Assembly (NCBI GenBank): GCA_964016885.1 | Contig: OZ024740.1 | Coordinates: 202,306,001-202,370,000 of the forward strand | Reading direction: 5' to 3' | DNA from: Eledone cirrhosa | Lineage: Eukaryota | Length of the DNA: 64,000 nucleotides | Shown here: piece by piece, positions 1 through 10,601 of the stretch | Layout of the letters: every line of letters begins with the position of its first letter | Numbering within the stretch: the first letter of the stretch is position 1 | Translations under genes and position numbers: made by a program | The notes under the pieces: model-generated | What the model was told of the DNA's origin: nothing | Database searches by the model: none | Seen by the model: the letters and a program-made list of their open reading frames with translations, nothing else

Positions 1-2935
1 AGGGTCGGTTTCAGGTGTGGAAAGAGTTAACACCACTACCTGGCCCTTAGATGCCTCTAGTGGAGTCCACATACTTGCAAGCATTTGAGCCAGGGTTCTG
101 GTTTGATTACACCTTCCTCCTTCTCTTATACCAGTCTTGGGACTCCTAAAAAGGGTCATCACCACCCCTCCTTGGCTAAACAGTAAATACAAAAAATAAT
201 TATTTCTACTATTTGGCATAAGGCCAGCAATTACCCCAGTGCATTACTGGTGCTTTATTTTATCGACCCTGTAAGGATGAAAGGAAAAAAGCTAACCCAG
301 ACCGTAAAGGGCCGTAACTCTATGTTGCAAAGCATGGCGTCTGGCCCTCTACCGATACTGTCAATCCATACCAAATGTCAGTTGTTCCTCTTATATCTGA
401 AGTATTTCCAAATATATATAAATTGACCTATCTTCTTGTTTTGTTGTTTCCTCTCCAATAACAATAGTCATTAAGAATGTAGGACAAAATACCTTGTGGT
501 ATTTAATCCAGCTCTATGCACTTCAAGTTCAAATCCCACTGTGGCTTACTTGAGTGGTAGCTTTAATCTGTTATCCAGTTTAACACCACCACCAGGCTCT
601 CATGTGGCTTTAGAAGAATCCACTCTGTTTCACATATTTGGAGTTAGTCACTAGTTTACAGACACCTTCTCCCTTCCCTCTCACCAGTTTTAGAGGCCCT
701 CACTATAAACAATGAAAAAACAAAATTTCTGAAGTGGTATAAAATTGCTAGGGATTTTCACATTATTTCAATTGTGATGATTGCTGTTGTTGTCTTATCA
801 AATGCATGCGTGCATTGATGTTCTCTCTCTTTCACTCACTGCCTCCATCTCTCTTGCTCTCCCCATCTCTCACTATAATATACAAATGGTCCCAGTGGAC
901 AGAATAGAGAAGTTATCTGAAGTATTTCCCAACATATACTAACCTCTTGTATTATTATTGGATACGGTCTGAGTTCAAATCCCGCCGAGGTTAACTTTGC
1001 CTTTCATCCTTACGGCGTTGATAAAATAAAGTGCCAGTAATGTACTGGGATAATCCTGGCCTTGTGCCAAAAGTAGAAACAATTATTATTGGATTGTCTT
1101 GAGTTCAAATCCTGCCGAGGTTAGCTTTGCCTTTCATCATAACAGTGTTGATAAAGCACCAGTAGGTACTGGGATTGATTTAATCGACTTTCCACTCCTC
1201 TTCAAATTGCTGGCCTTGTGCCTAAAGTAGAAACAATTATTGGATTGTCTAGAGTGGTGGTTTAGCAGAATCATTTCGGCATCAGAAAAAATGGTATATG
1301 ATATTTGTTTTGGCACTTAACGTTCTGAGTTCAAATCCCAACCAAGTCCAACATAAAGCACCAGTTAAGTACTGGGGCTGATGTAATTAACTTATGTCTC
1401 CTCCCTCAAAATGACGATATTTGGAGAGTTTACCCTCTTTGGCATGAAGTAAGCAGAACGTGTGTTAGTTGCAGACTGCACCAGATTGTCACTGGAGAAA
1501 GTGTCGCAGCATCTGGCATTCTAGTTATATTACTAAATTACTCCAAATTCTTGATAATTTTAAATATCATAGGCAATATCTTTTAATAGGAATAGGGCAA
1601 TGAGATAGTTAATGGAATTAATAACAGCAAAATGTAAAGTCATGTTGGTATCACAAAAACACCCAGCCCACACTGTAAAGTGGTTGTGTACGTGTCAGGA
1701 GAAAAAGCACTGTCCACACTGTAAAGTGGTTGTGTAGGTATCACAACTAAAAGCACCCAGTACTCACTGTAAATGTGATTGGCATTAGGAAGGGCGTCCA
1801 GCTGTAAAAATCTTGTCACAAACAGTCCTATATGAGCAAGATATGGTCACCTGACCGAACTTGCCTCAAATGAGACAACCCATCTAACCCATGCTAGTGT
1901 GGAAAGTGGACATTAAACGATGATGATGATGGTAATGAAAAGGTTAATGGAATTAATAACAGTAAAATACCTATCAGTTCTTATTTTTCATGGTGTCCTA
2001 TCGAATATGTTTCAGTAAAACAATGTGTAAGATCTAATTCCATACAGATTAAGTTAAAAATTTAAATGAAATTCCTCACACAAGGTTAATCTATCAAATA
2101 TTGATGGATTTTGTATTTTAGAGTATTTTCTATAAAGGATAAACATTCCTCTAGATTTTCACTTCATCCTTTTTTAACATAACAACATTTTCCCCCCACC
2201 TCTTCCCTTTTGTTGCCTCCAGGGAATTCTGTGTATATATTTTAAATATATATGGAGTTATTTAAATATCTCTGGAATTATAAGTTTTATTAAGTCCACT
2301 CAACCTGATAAAGTAGGAAGCTTTTGAAAATTAAAGTTGCTACATCATCACCACCACTGTTTCATGTCTATCACCACCACTGTTCCATGTATAAAGAGGA
2401 TTATTGTAATACAGGAAGCCTATTTTATTTTTTCAAAGGGGATTATTTGCACGTGTGTGTACATATGTATGTGTGTATACATTTGTATGCACTTGTATAT
2501 AATTATAGGGGATGAAAGATAATGTTAAATTGTAACCTAAGCAGAATTATAAATAATCTCCAGAGACGGTTTCCTCTTCTAGAAATATCTATATATTTAG
2601 TTTGAGTAATTTTTATGAAAATGTTTATAAATTTATTTTAATCATTTGAACTGAGAACTCTTTTGGTTTTACTATATTTCAAATGAAATATACTGTCTAT
2701 AATTTTCAAGATTTTGGAGGGATTTAAACATAGATATATAACTTTTTGTTTTTTTGTCAATTTAACTGTCATCATAATATTATAAATAAAAAGAAAAAGA
2801 AAAGGAAAAAACACAAAAGCAGGTAATACACACGTCTAGGACCACATACAATGAAAGGCTGGTGAAAGGGGTGGACAAACGAACCACTACTAGAGCAAAA
2901 GATAACAGTATCGTAAGGAGCACTAAAAAACCTCT

Positions 2936-3092
2936 CTAATAATTTTTGAGGCAAGACAGCATGCTTGCAGCATTACCTCGTATGATGGCGAGGTTGATGC
3001 CCTTGAACAGCCAAGTGCCTTCATGAGCATCATCAGTTACCGTGGTTAGGCGAGCTGCCAGTGAAGACAAGAACCTCGCAGTTAGCAGCCCA
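2936..3092 (-). mobile_element. CRE-like non-LTR retrotransposon C-terminal (restriction-like endonuclease) relic
   Basis: VGLLTARFLSSLAARLTTVTDDAHEGTWLFKGINLAIIRGNAASMLSC*, resembling the 'FL..L..RL...WLFQR.S.AI.RGNAAS' tail of CRE-clade elements. Confidence 0.7.
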
Positions 3093-4427
3093 ACTCACCC
3101 AAAATTGTTAAACTGTAATATGGAACATAACAAGATTCCTATATTAAATTTATGGTGGAGGATATTTAGATAAATATAAACACTCATAACAGGATCCCCC
3201 AGTTTTACACTGTAAACGGGGTTGGTGTTAGGAAGGGCACTCAGCTGTAAAAATCCCAGCCAAAATACAGTTCTGTTTGAGCAAGGTACAGTGCAGCCAA
3301 CTGGCCAGACTTGTACCATAATATGGACGACCTGTCTAACATGGACAAATAGACATTAAATGGTGACAACGACTTCAACCCTTCATTACAATATTTCTAC
3401 TGAAACACACTAACACTTTACAGAGTTACAGTGTACTGAGAGCAGTGCTGGATTTACCATTGTGCTTAGGTGTACTTAAGCATCTTCTTGCCAAATCTTT
3501 TTACCTCCTTCGGGGCCAAGTAAGGGAGTCCATAACTTAACTAGCACAGGGTCTTATTTGTCCTAAATCTGGCACTGAGTGCATTTATTGTGACACGAGC
3601 ACTAGAAATGTTATGTATTTAGGCCAGACTGATGAGTCCTCTTTGCTCTATATTGTCACCACTTAATTGATGAGCACTTTGCAGAGTGTCCTTGGTGCAT
3701 CTTATTGTTTCAATAGCACTAGAGAGGCTGTTACGTACTTATGGTGAGCTCTCATTCTTTGCTCTATATTATTGTCTCTGTTGGATGACAACCATGTACA
3801 CACACACATTCTCTCACACACACACAACACATACGCACACACACACAGAATCACCAGTCTGAGGGTTCCTTCCCTACTTGATCTTGTCACCTATTTTTAG
3901 AGTGAAAGGTCAATAGGTAGGATATGATTAATATTCTTTAGTGTGTTTGGTATCTAACCTAGTTCTATCACCCCACCCTCTCTCTGACATACCTACTAGC
4001 CAAGTGTTATATATGTGTGTGTGTGTGTGCTTGTTTATATTTGTGTGTGTATATATATATGTATATGTGTGTTTGTGTATGTATATGTGTGTTTGTTTGT
4101 GTATATATGTATATGTGTGAGTGTGTGTTTGTTTGTGTGTGTATATATATATGTGTGAGTGTGTATGTATGTTTGCGTGTGTGTATATATATATATATAT
4201 GATTGTGTGAGTGTATGTTTATGTTTGTGTGTGTGTATATATGTACATATATAATTGTGTAAGTGTATGCTTATGTTTGTGTGCGTATATATATATACAT
4301 ACACACACAAACACTTACATATATACACCATCTCTGATGTCATGTATTCATTGATAATTGTTTCTACTTTTGGCACAAGGCCAGCAATTACCCAATGCAT
4401 TACTGTATAGTCCCTCATTATTAGCTC

Positions 4428-4815
4428 AAGGGTGGTGAATTGGCAGTATCGCTAGAGAGTTGGACGCCATGCTTTACAGCATAGTTACGTCCCTTTACGG
4501 TCTGAGTTCAAATCCCGCCGAGGTTAACTTTGCCTTTCATCCTTACGAGGTCGATAAAATAAAAGTACCAGTAATGTACTGGGTAATTGCTGGCCTTGTG
4601 CCAAAAGTAGAAACAATTATTAGATCAACGTCGGACATGCTTAGTGGCATAGAGTTGCGGCCCTTTACGTTCTGAGTTCAAATCCTGCCGATGTTAGCTT
4701 TGCCTTTCATCTTTATGGGGCCAATAAAATAAAGTACCAGTAACGCACTGGGGTCGATTTAATCGACTTTCCCCTCCCCCAAATTGTTGGTCTTGTGCCG
4801 TATCAGAAACCGTTA
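4428..4815 (+). mobile_element. Two tandem tRNA-derived SINEs (abundant family)
   Basis: B-box gagttcaaatcc, core gcctttcatccttacggggtcgataaaat..agtacc (Deu/Nin-like), tail ggccttgtgccaaaagtagaaacaattat. Other copies near 197-366(-), 963-1410(+), 5405-5510, 15740-15915, 19148-19257, 19477-19563, 27333-27540(-), 36710-36890(-), 41968-42155, 44133-44285. Confidence 0.88.
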
Positions 4816-5578
4816 TTAGCTCATTGTTATTTTTTCTATTACAATTTGCACAAGCTATCAAGTCATTTTACATAGTTACTTAGCTAATAAGATATTGGTA
4901 TGTTAATGTTTTGTTTTAATGCTATACTCTACTAAACAAGATTTTAAACCAATATTGTATGCATAGATAGATGTAAACATCTTATCTTCATATACAATAT
5001 CTTTGTAGATCATGATAAGTCTCATGATGATGATGATGATGATCATAATCTTCATAATCACGACCATGACGATCATCATCATCATCATCATCTGGTTTAA
5101 ATTAAACAATATATTTTCCCTACACCAGCCAGTGTACAATGTTGTACATTTGCTATTTTGGCAAAGGCTAATGAGGTCAGAATAAGACCGAAACATATCT
5201 AAAGTTGTCTCTCATATGTCAGTAAAAAGGGGGGGGGGGACAAAAACAAAAACGACCATCAATTCACCGCCCCAGTTTTTGCTCCACCACCTTTTTTTCT
5301 TCTTTCTCTCGCTCTGGTCATATATTTTGGTGCGTTGTTTTTGTGAGGTTCCTAGCAATGGTTAATTGTATTTGTTATATGTGTTTATACTGGTGTTTAT
5401 CAACGACGTTCAAATCCCTCCGAGGTTAACTTTGCCTTTCATCCTTACGGGGTCGATAAAATAAAGTACTGGGATAATTGCTGGCCTGGTGCCAAAAGTA
5501 GAAACAATTATATTTGTAATTGTTTCTACTTTTGGCACATGTGAGCAATTTGTAATGTTTTATATATATATATATATA

Positions 5579-5793
5579 GGAAAAGAGTCGGGACCCCGAC
5601 GGCTGAGTTCCGGCCGTTTCGACAGCTAGATCCGAACAGTTCGGATCACCCACTCTACTACCCTGAGTATCGAGTACTCCGGTGCGTTATGGTCCACCTG
5701 GTATCTTATCACACCTTCTTTGTTACACACACATGTTCGGACCTAGCTGTCGAAATGACTGGAGCTCAGCCGTCGGGGTCCTGACTCTTTTCC
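5579..5793. mobile_element. MITE-like element, 60-bp terminal inverted repeats, in (TA)n
   Basis: ggaaaagagtcgggaccccgacggctgag... (5579-5638) pairs with 5734-5793; TA on both sides. Confidence 0.8.
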
Positions 5794-5796
5794 TAT

Positions 5797-5838
<42 letters not shown>

Positions 5839-6001
5839 AGACTATATTTATGTGTTTGTGTCTATATTATATCTGTATTTTTGACCGTTGGTCAGTCAAT
5901 GGTAAACATTGAGGACCGAATAAATTAACTGATATAAAAGAAGCGAAAACCAACCAAACAGTGAGTGTGTTCTGTTATTAATTCTGGCAATATTATTACA
6001 A

Positions 6002-6033
<32 letters not shown>

Positions 6034-7104
6034 CAAAGGAATTGTGGTAAGGAACCAGGTGGACCATAACGCACCAGAGTACTCAATACTTAGGGTAGTA
6101 GAGTGGGAAATAGGAAAAAGTATGGAATAGGAAAGGAAAAGTATGGAATAGGAATATGAAAAAGTATGACCCCTTTAGACAATATAACCTTTGTTTATAT
6201 TTAGACAAATGCATATATCTAATTTAATAATAAACTTTTTAAAGTTTAATTATAAGGCCTTTTGATGCTTTAAGGCATTCTAATTGTTAATCTTAATTTT
6301 TAAAATTATAACTGTAATTATTTTATAAATTATATAATGCGAATTATCTTCAATATAATATAAATAATTAATATATTATAATAAAATTAATAAGAATTAC
6401 CTTCGTGGTGATGAAAATATGTATTCTTTCTCATGTTTTGCAAATAGTTTAAATATGAATTCATAAAATATGATTTTATAAATTAAATATGATAGTATAT
6501 TTTTATAAACTTTTATAGCCTGAAATATTATACACTTTGATTAATTCATTACTCTGAACTAACTTAATTGATTTGAAAGTTAACGGTCAACCGGATACGT
6601 TTGGATAGTATATATAACTAATTAACTAAGGAAATTAACCTTTATTAATTACACCCAGTTGTATTTAGGATTTTGATTGATGAATACTTCTAGATAATTC
6701 AATAATTCAAAGATTTGAGTTTACTCTATCGCATAGCTATGCCCAAATGTATAGTTATGTATAGATATATATAATTCATCCCTCCCTATAATTTAGTCTC
6801 TCTTTCCTTGATCAATTCTCTTTTGCTCTCTTTACCTCTACTAGCTATATTTTCCCCTCATCTGTTTTCTCTCTGTCTTTCTTTTTTTTCTTTCCTCTTT
6901 CTTCAATAATTATTTGAATCTCTAACAGTTATGTAAATTGCTGTTATGTATTTTTAAGCTTTCTTACACGCACCCTCTGTATTATATGTAAGTTGTTTCA
7001 TGTATCAATCTTAAGGTATATTAAATGAGTTTTATCATATCTTACTCACTACCATGACTGGATCTTAACCATCTACTATGTCAGGGTATGTCATGCATCA
7101 TCTT

Positions 7105-7169
7105 ATTTTATCTGATGAGGACGTACTGTTGAAGTTAGCCCAGTACCTCTGAAATATGTATAATAAAAT
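7105..7169 (+). ncRNA. Minimal type I hammerhead ribozyme motif
   Basis: attttat CTGATGA ggacgtactg-loop-cagtacctct GAAA tatgta TA ataaaat. Confidence 0.7.
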
Positions 7170-7284
7170 ATACTTGATCACAAGAAGTTCTATTTTTGTT
7201 AATATTTTGAATTTATATATATATATATATACACGTACATGAAATTTCGTTTCATTTTTTCCGTTTATATATATATATATATAT

Positions 7285-7599
7285 ATTAAAATACAAATAT
7301 TAATAAAATAGATGTTCTTTTTATCAATTACATTTTATTATACATATTTCGGATGTACAACAGTACGTCCTCATCAGACAAAATATAATGATATATGACA
7401 TACCCTGAGATGTTAAATGGTTAAGATTTAATCAAGGTAGTCACTACCTTGATTAAATCTTAACCATTTAACATCTCAGGGTATGTCATATATCATTATA
7501 TTTTGTCTGATGAGGACGTACTGTTGTACATCCGAAATATGTATAATAAAATGTAATTGATAAAAAGAACATCTATGTTATTAATATTTGTATTTTAAT
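7285..7599. repeat. Near-perfect palindrome, 157-bp arms, 1-nt spacer
   Basis: 7285-7441 is the reverse complement of 7443-7599 (one mismatch seen); lies between (TA)n tracts. Confidence 0.95.
7500..7552 (+). ncRNA. Minimal hammerhead ribozyme motif (mirror copy on - strand at 7332-7384)
   Basis: attttgt CTGATGA ggacgtac tgtt gtacatcc GAAA tatgta TA ataaaat. Confidence 0.75.
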
Positions 7600-7713
7600 A
7601 TTAATAACTCTGGAAAATTATTTTTCATAGAGTGCTTCCAATCTACTGTAAAACTCATTCTTTGATATACTCATTGAATATTGTTTAACTCTTTAATATA
7701 TATATATATATAT

Positions 7714-8009
7714 ATGATATTAAATAAATGGAAACTATATTTATAAAACCATATTTATTTCATTATATATATTTCAGGGATATCATATTAACAATATGTT
7801 ATGCCTTCATCAGATAAAATACAATATAAACAGTCTTATAAATAAATAGATATGACATACCTTTCAATCGACTTGCATTTGATATAAGACTGTTTATATT
7901 GTATTTTGTCTGATGAAGGCATAACATATTATTAATATGATATCCCTGAAATATATATAATGAAATAAATATGGTTTTATAAATATAGTTTCCATTTATT
8001 TAATATCAT
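7714..8009. repeat. Fold-back, about 127-bp arms
   Basis: 7714-7840 pairs with 7883-8009; lies between (TA)n tracts. Confidence 0.93.
7903..7966 (+). ncRNA. Minimal hammerhead ribozyme motif (mirror copy on - strand at 7757-7820)
   Basis: attttgt CTGATGA agg.ata.catatt-loop-aatatg.tat.cct GAAA tatata TA atgaaat. Confidence 0.7.
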
Positions 8010-8095
8010 AAATATACTCCAAATACTTGTTGAGTGCTTTTATATCAGTTATAAATATTTACTCGTTGTTAACCCAACAATTTAAATATAACTTT

Positions 8096-8130
<35 letters not shown>

Positions 8131-8135
<5 letters not shown>

Positions 8136-8445
8136 AAAAAGAGATGAAATCGAAAATGCAACTGGAGTCTTATTTTTTTGAAAAAATATATATATTTATT
8201 TGGTTCCTTTACCGGTTTCGCAGTTCTTCTGCTTTTCAAAAGGTGAGTTGAGATGGAGGGTCTGTGGTTTTTCTCAGATGTGAGAAAAACCACAGACCCT
8301 CCATCTCAACTCAGACCCTCCATCTCAACTCACCTTTTGAAAAGCAGAAGAACTGCGAAACCGGTAAAGGAACCAAATAAATATATATATTTTTTCAAAA
8401 AAAGAAGACTCCAGTTGCATTTTCGATTTCATCTCTTTTTCTTTA
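8131..8445. repeat. Fold-back, about 146-bp arms, 4-nt loop
   Basis: Centre ttctca-gatg-tgagaa at 8271-8286; the right arm has a 19-bp tandem duplication. Confidence 0.93.
8333..8370 (+). ncRNA. Minimal hammerhead with U3-A8 variant core (mirror copy on - strand at 8206-8243)
   Basis: cctt TTGAAAA gcag aagaa ctgc GAAA ccgg TA aagg; perfect stems I and II, palindromic stem III loop. Confidence 0.72.
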
Positions 8446-8802
8446 TACTTTCACTCGTGTAGGACACCGGTTATTTTTCATTTTGTAAAAAAAACCCTCA
8501 CTTTCTAATATATATATATATATATAATGTATTATTAATTAATAAGAAATATATGTCATTGACTAATATTGTTGTTTATTCCTCACCAAATAATATAGTC
8601 ATTGACTAATATTGTTGTTTATTCCTCACCAAATAATTATATCTAGTAAGAATTTTGAGTTCCACATATTAGATATATATTAATATCAAGTTACCTATTT
8701 GCCTGTCTGTACTTATCAATCTATCTGTTAGTCTGCCTCTCAGCCTGTCTTTCTGACTATCCCTGCATCTATCTCACCTTATATTCATATATCAAGTTAG
8801 CT

Positions 8803-8960
8803 TATAAAATAGAGTGAGGACTTTTAAAAGACAGAAAAGTAAGTTGCCGTCGGCCGCTGTGAGGATTTGAACCGACCTGGAAGATATGGGGTTGAATTCC
8901 CCACAGCGGCCGATGGCAACTTACTTTTCTGTCTTTTAAGTGTATTCACTCTATTTTATA
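8803..8960. repeat. Fold-back of a tRNA-SINE fragment
   Basis: tataaaatagagtga...aaaagacagaaaagtaagttgccgtcggccgctgtg inverted at 8901-8960; B-box-like ggttcaaatcc / gttgaattcc near the centre. Confidence 0.7.
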
Positions 8961-9153
8961 GTATTTCTGCGTTTGAGCACTTTACACACACATACATATA
9001 CGTACATACATACATATATTCTCAGCGCTTCAAAAGCCGAAAATTCGGCTTTGTTCATCGTTTGTTTACATACGGACATCTAGTTGGTTTTTTAACACTA
9101 TATATTAAATATGTTAACACTAAAATTTCCTGTCTAGGACATTAATAGCCACA

Positions 9154-9240
<87 letters not shown>

Positions 9241-9895
9241 TATATAATACATTTAGTGAGGTGTGACGCGCGTTTCGCGATTGATCCACTCATGGTTCGA
9301 TCTGTATCGACCGGGTCCGACACTGGAATCAAAAGCTCACCGAACTTATATATATATATATCAAATATGCTAACACTAAAATTTCCTGTCTATCTGCTTT
9401 TAGCCCGTTAAACAGCCATCCTGTGTGTTTGTGTGTGTATATAATATGTATGTACATATGTATGTACATATAACAGTCCAATTACTATTGATATAAGTTG
9501 GATGTGTATGTTAGGTGTCACTAAGTAGATTACTTTAACAAGTCAAAAGGTATTAAAATAATAATAATCTGCTTTTGTTGTGGAATGTTGTTGATCTTGT
9601 AATGAATGTAGCCTTATACTTCCGCTATTTTAACTTAAATACTACAACTACCGCCGCCACTTACTACTACTGCTACTACTACCACCACTACCACTACTGC
9701 TGCCTCTGCTACTACTACTACTACTACTACTACTACTGATGAAGTGTAATTAATATTTGGGTTTTCAAACCAAATTGGTAATTTAGGAGCAGTAGTTGGT
9801 CGTGCTGACGGTGCTGTTGTTGTTGATGGTGTTGTTGCTGTTGTGGTTGATTAAGCCTTGTCTTTTGCTAAGGAAGCTGTCTATGATATCAGACA

Positions 9896-10080
9896 TAGCA
9901 GTGGAGACTTCTGATAACCTTGGCCCCAGGACCAGCTCCCTACTCAACACCATCGGCACAGAGTTGGCTACTCACAGGTGTGAGCCTCGCTAGCTGGAAT
10001 GGTTCTTCCAGCGCGTCTCCCTCACCATCCTCCGGCGAAACACCTGTTCTATTCTGTCCGCTGGGGCAGCGCGTGGGCCA
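9896..10080 (+). mobile_element. CRE-like non-LTR retrotransposon C-terminal relic
   Basis: IAVETSDNLGPRTSSLLNTIG...EPR*LEWFFQRVSLTILRRNTCSILS. Confidence 0.7.
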
Positions 10081-10421
10081 CCATTTGCTTATAATAGTGA
10101 GAGATGGGGAGAGTGAGAGATACGGAGGCAATGACAATGGGGGTTTGGTTCCTTTGTGTTTAAACCTGGTGTATATGTATATATATTTATTTACCGCACC
10201 ACATTATCACCTTGCTTTTTTCATTATTTCAAACATATTAAAAACAATATATGCTATACCTTCTATCCCTTTCATCCCCTCTCTCTTCTTCTTCTCTGTT
10301 CATAGGCTGTTTGTTCACCCAATTCTTTAGTGGTCGATTTAATCGACTTTCCCCTCCCCAAAATTGTTGGTCTTGTGCCTAAATCAGAAATTATTTATAC
10401 CAGCCGGATGTTTTACAGCTG

Positions 10422-10601
10422 TCTGCGTTTGAGCCCCATCTCTCTCTCTCTCTTCATACAAGTTTGTATCACGTGAAAAATATAGTTTTCCCATTTCATT
10501 CATTTGTTTACGTTAACTAGCTGCTCAGAGAGCCATGTGTCTGTTAAATATGTTTATTATTGTTCTTCAGACCATAAGTTATATCCGGATTTAATGTGAG
10601 T
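10422..10601 (+). promoter_or_regulatory. Possible promoter / non-coding 5' exon of HSL
   Basis: E-box ATCACGTGA (10468-10476), forkhead site TTGTTTAC (10504-10511) and a splice donor aat|gtgagt at 10596, 1.9 kb upstream of the first identified coding exon. Confidence 0.3.

Noticed and set aside
1434-1522. Possible minus-strand exon (also 5123-5196)
   Set aside because: Weak splice signals, no recognisable protein similarity and no consistent gene model.
3629-3660. CTGATGAG as a hammerhead core
   Set aside because: No stem II/GAAA/stem I partner follows.
4428-4520. tRNA genes
   Set aside because: A/B-box-like sequences belong to SINE heads; no complete cloverleaf.
6170-6720. Possible heavily decayed GIY-YIG region upstream of the 7105 hammerhead
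   Set aside because: Too AT-rich and stop-ridden to support by eye.
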